The notes under the pieces: generated by a model | The model's database searches: none | What the model was told of the DNA's origin: nothing | The model's input: only the letters and a program-made list of their open reading frames with translations | Made by a program: the position numbers and the translations under genes | Source of the DNA: the human T2T-CHM13v2.0 reference genome, Homo sapiens | Reading direction: 5' to 3' (one strand) | NCBI RefSeq assembly: GCF_009914755.1 | Contig: NC_060925.1 | Length of the DNA: 64,000 bases | Shown: piece after piece, positions 63,415 to 64,000 of the stretch | Layout of the letters: every line of letters begins with the position of its first letter | Numbering within the stretch: the first letter of the stretch is position 1

Positions 63415-64000
63415 ATCATTTATTCATTCAAGAAACATTTCTTGCCAGTGACTACTTGCCAGTCACCATGCTTGTCACAGAACTGTAAATGAAGAAGGCA
63501 TGCTCCTTGTCCTCCAAGAGTTTATAATCTAATGAAGAAAGCATACATATAAACAGTATGATATGTGTTATAATAAAGGTATTTGTAAATACCTTTAGGA
63601 ATACCTTAGGTATTAGTAAATAGCTTTACTTGAGGAAGCAAGCTGTTTTCTTTTAGAGAGGTCAAGGGGAGGTAATATTTGAGCTGAACATTAAAGGACA
63701 TTAAAGAACATTAAAGAACAATAAAAGCACTTATTGGATTGTATGGGAAAGATCAGGGAGAGGCAGGCCTGAAAGGTCATATGGAAAGGGCTTGGAAGCC
63801 TTGGAAGCCTCTAAGTGATGTATATATTATTTATATTGGGTGGCAACTGAAGGGTTTTTAAGTGGAAAAGTGACAGGACCAGATTTTCATTCAGTAAATG
63901 TAACTACTGGAAGTATGGATGGCGGATTGAGCTGGATACAGGCAATTTATATAAAAGAAGGAAGAGATAGTAAAATCTCAAACTAAGGCATTGGCAGTGG
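63415..64000 (-). mobile_element. L2 remnant
   Basis: ATTTATTCATTCAAGAAACATTT start, TGTCCTCCAAGAGTTTATAATCTA, GAAGGGTTTTTAAG...GTGACAGGACCAGATTT. Confidence 0.65.

Noticed and set aside
45900-64000. Exons of the antisense lncRNA FLG-AS1/CCDST
   Set aside because: Known to overlap this locus, but exon boundaries cannot be supported from sequence alone.

Overview
Human genomic DNA from the epidermal differentiation complex (1q21.3). It contains the complete profilaggrin gene FLG on the minus strand: TATA box 57813-57819, non-coding exon 1 ending at 57739, a 9713-bp intron 1, exon 2 at 47867-48025, a 571-bp intron 2, exon 3 from 47295, stop codon 34276-34278 and polyA signal 33756-33761. The spliced ORF is 4385 aa with 12 linkers, i.e. 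an 11-repeat allele in which repeat 8 is duplicated. The frame is fully open, with no R501X, 2282del4, R2447X or other truncation. The first ~32 kb (3' of FLG) is almost entirely nested L1 elements plus a MaLR LTR, an Alu and a Tigger fragment. No new protein-coding system is supported. The most unusual structure is in this L1 field: (i) a >5-kb inverted duplication (1-~5000 vs ~20300-25290) with a near-identical ~3.4-kb core, where only one arm keeps both target-site duplications; (ii) a ~4.5-kb head-to-head L1 quasi-palindrome (26200-30725) whose two host elements have each lost their other half; (iii) four L1PA copies sharing non-consensus variants in a patchwork, suggesting gene conversion among inverted L1s; and (iv) an open ORF0-like frame in both duplication arms. 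Repeat subfamily names are from recalled consensus features and need RepeatMasker/Dfam confirmation.
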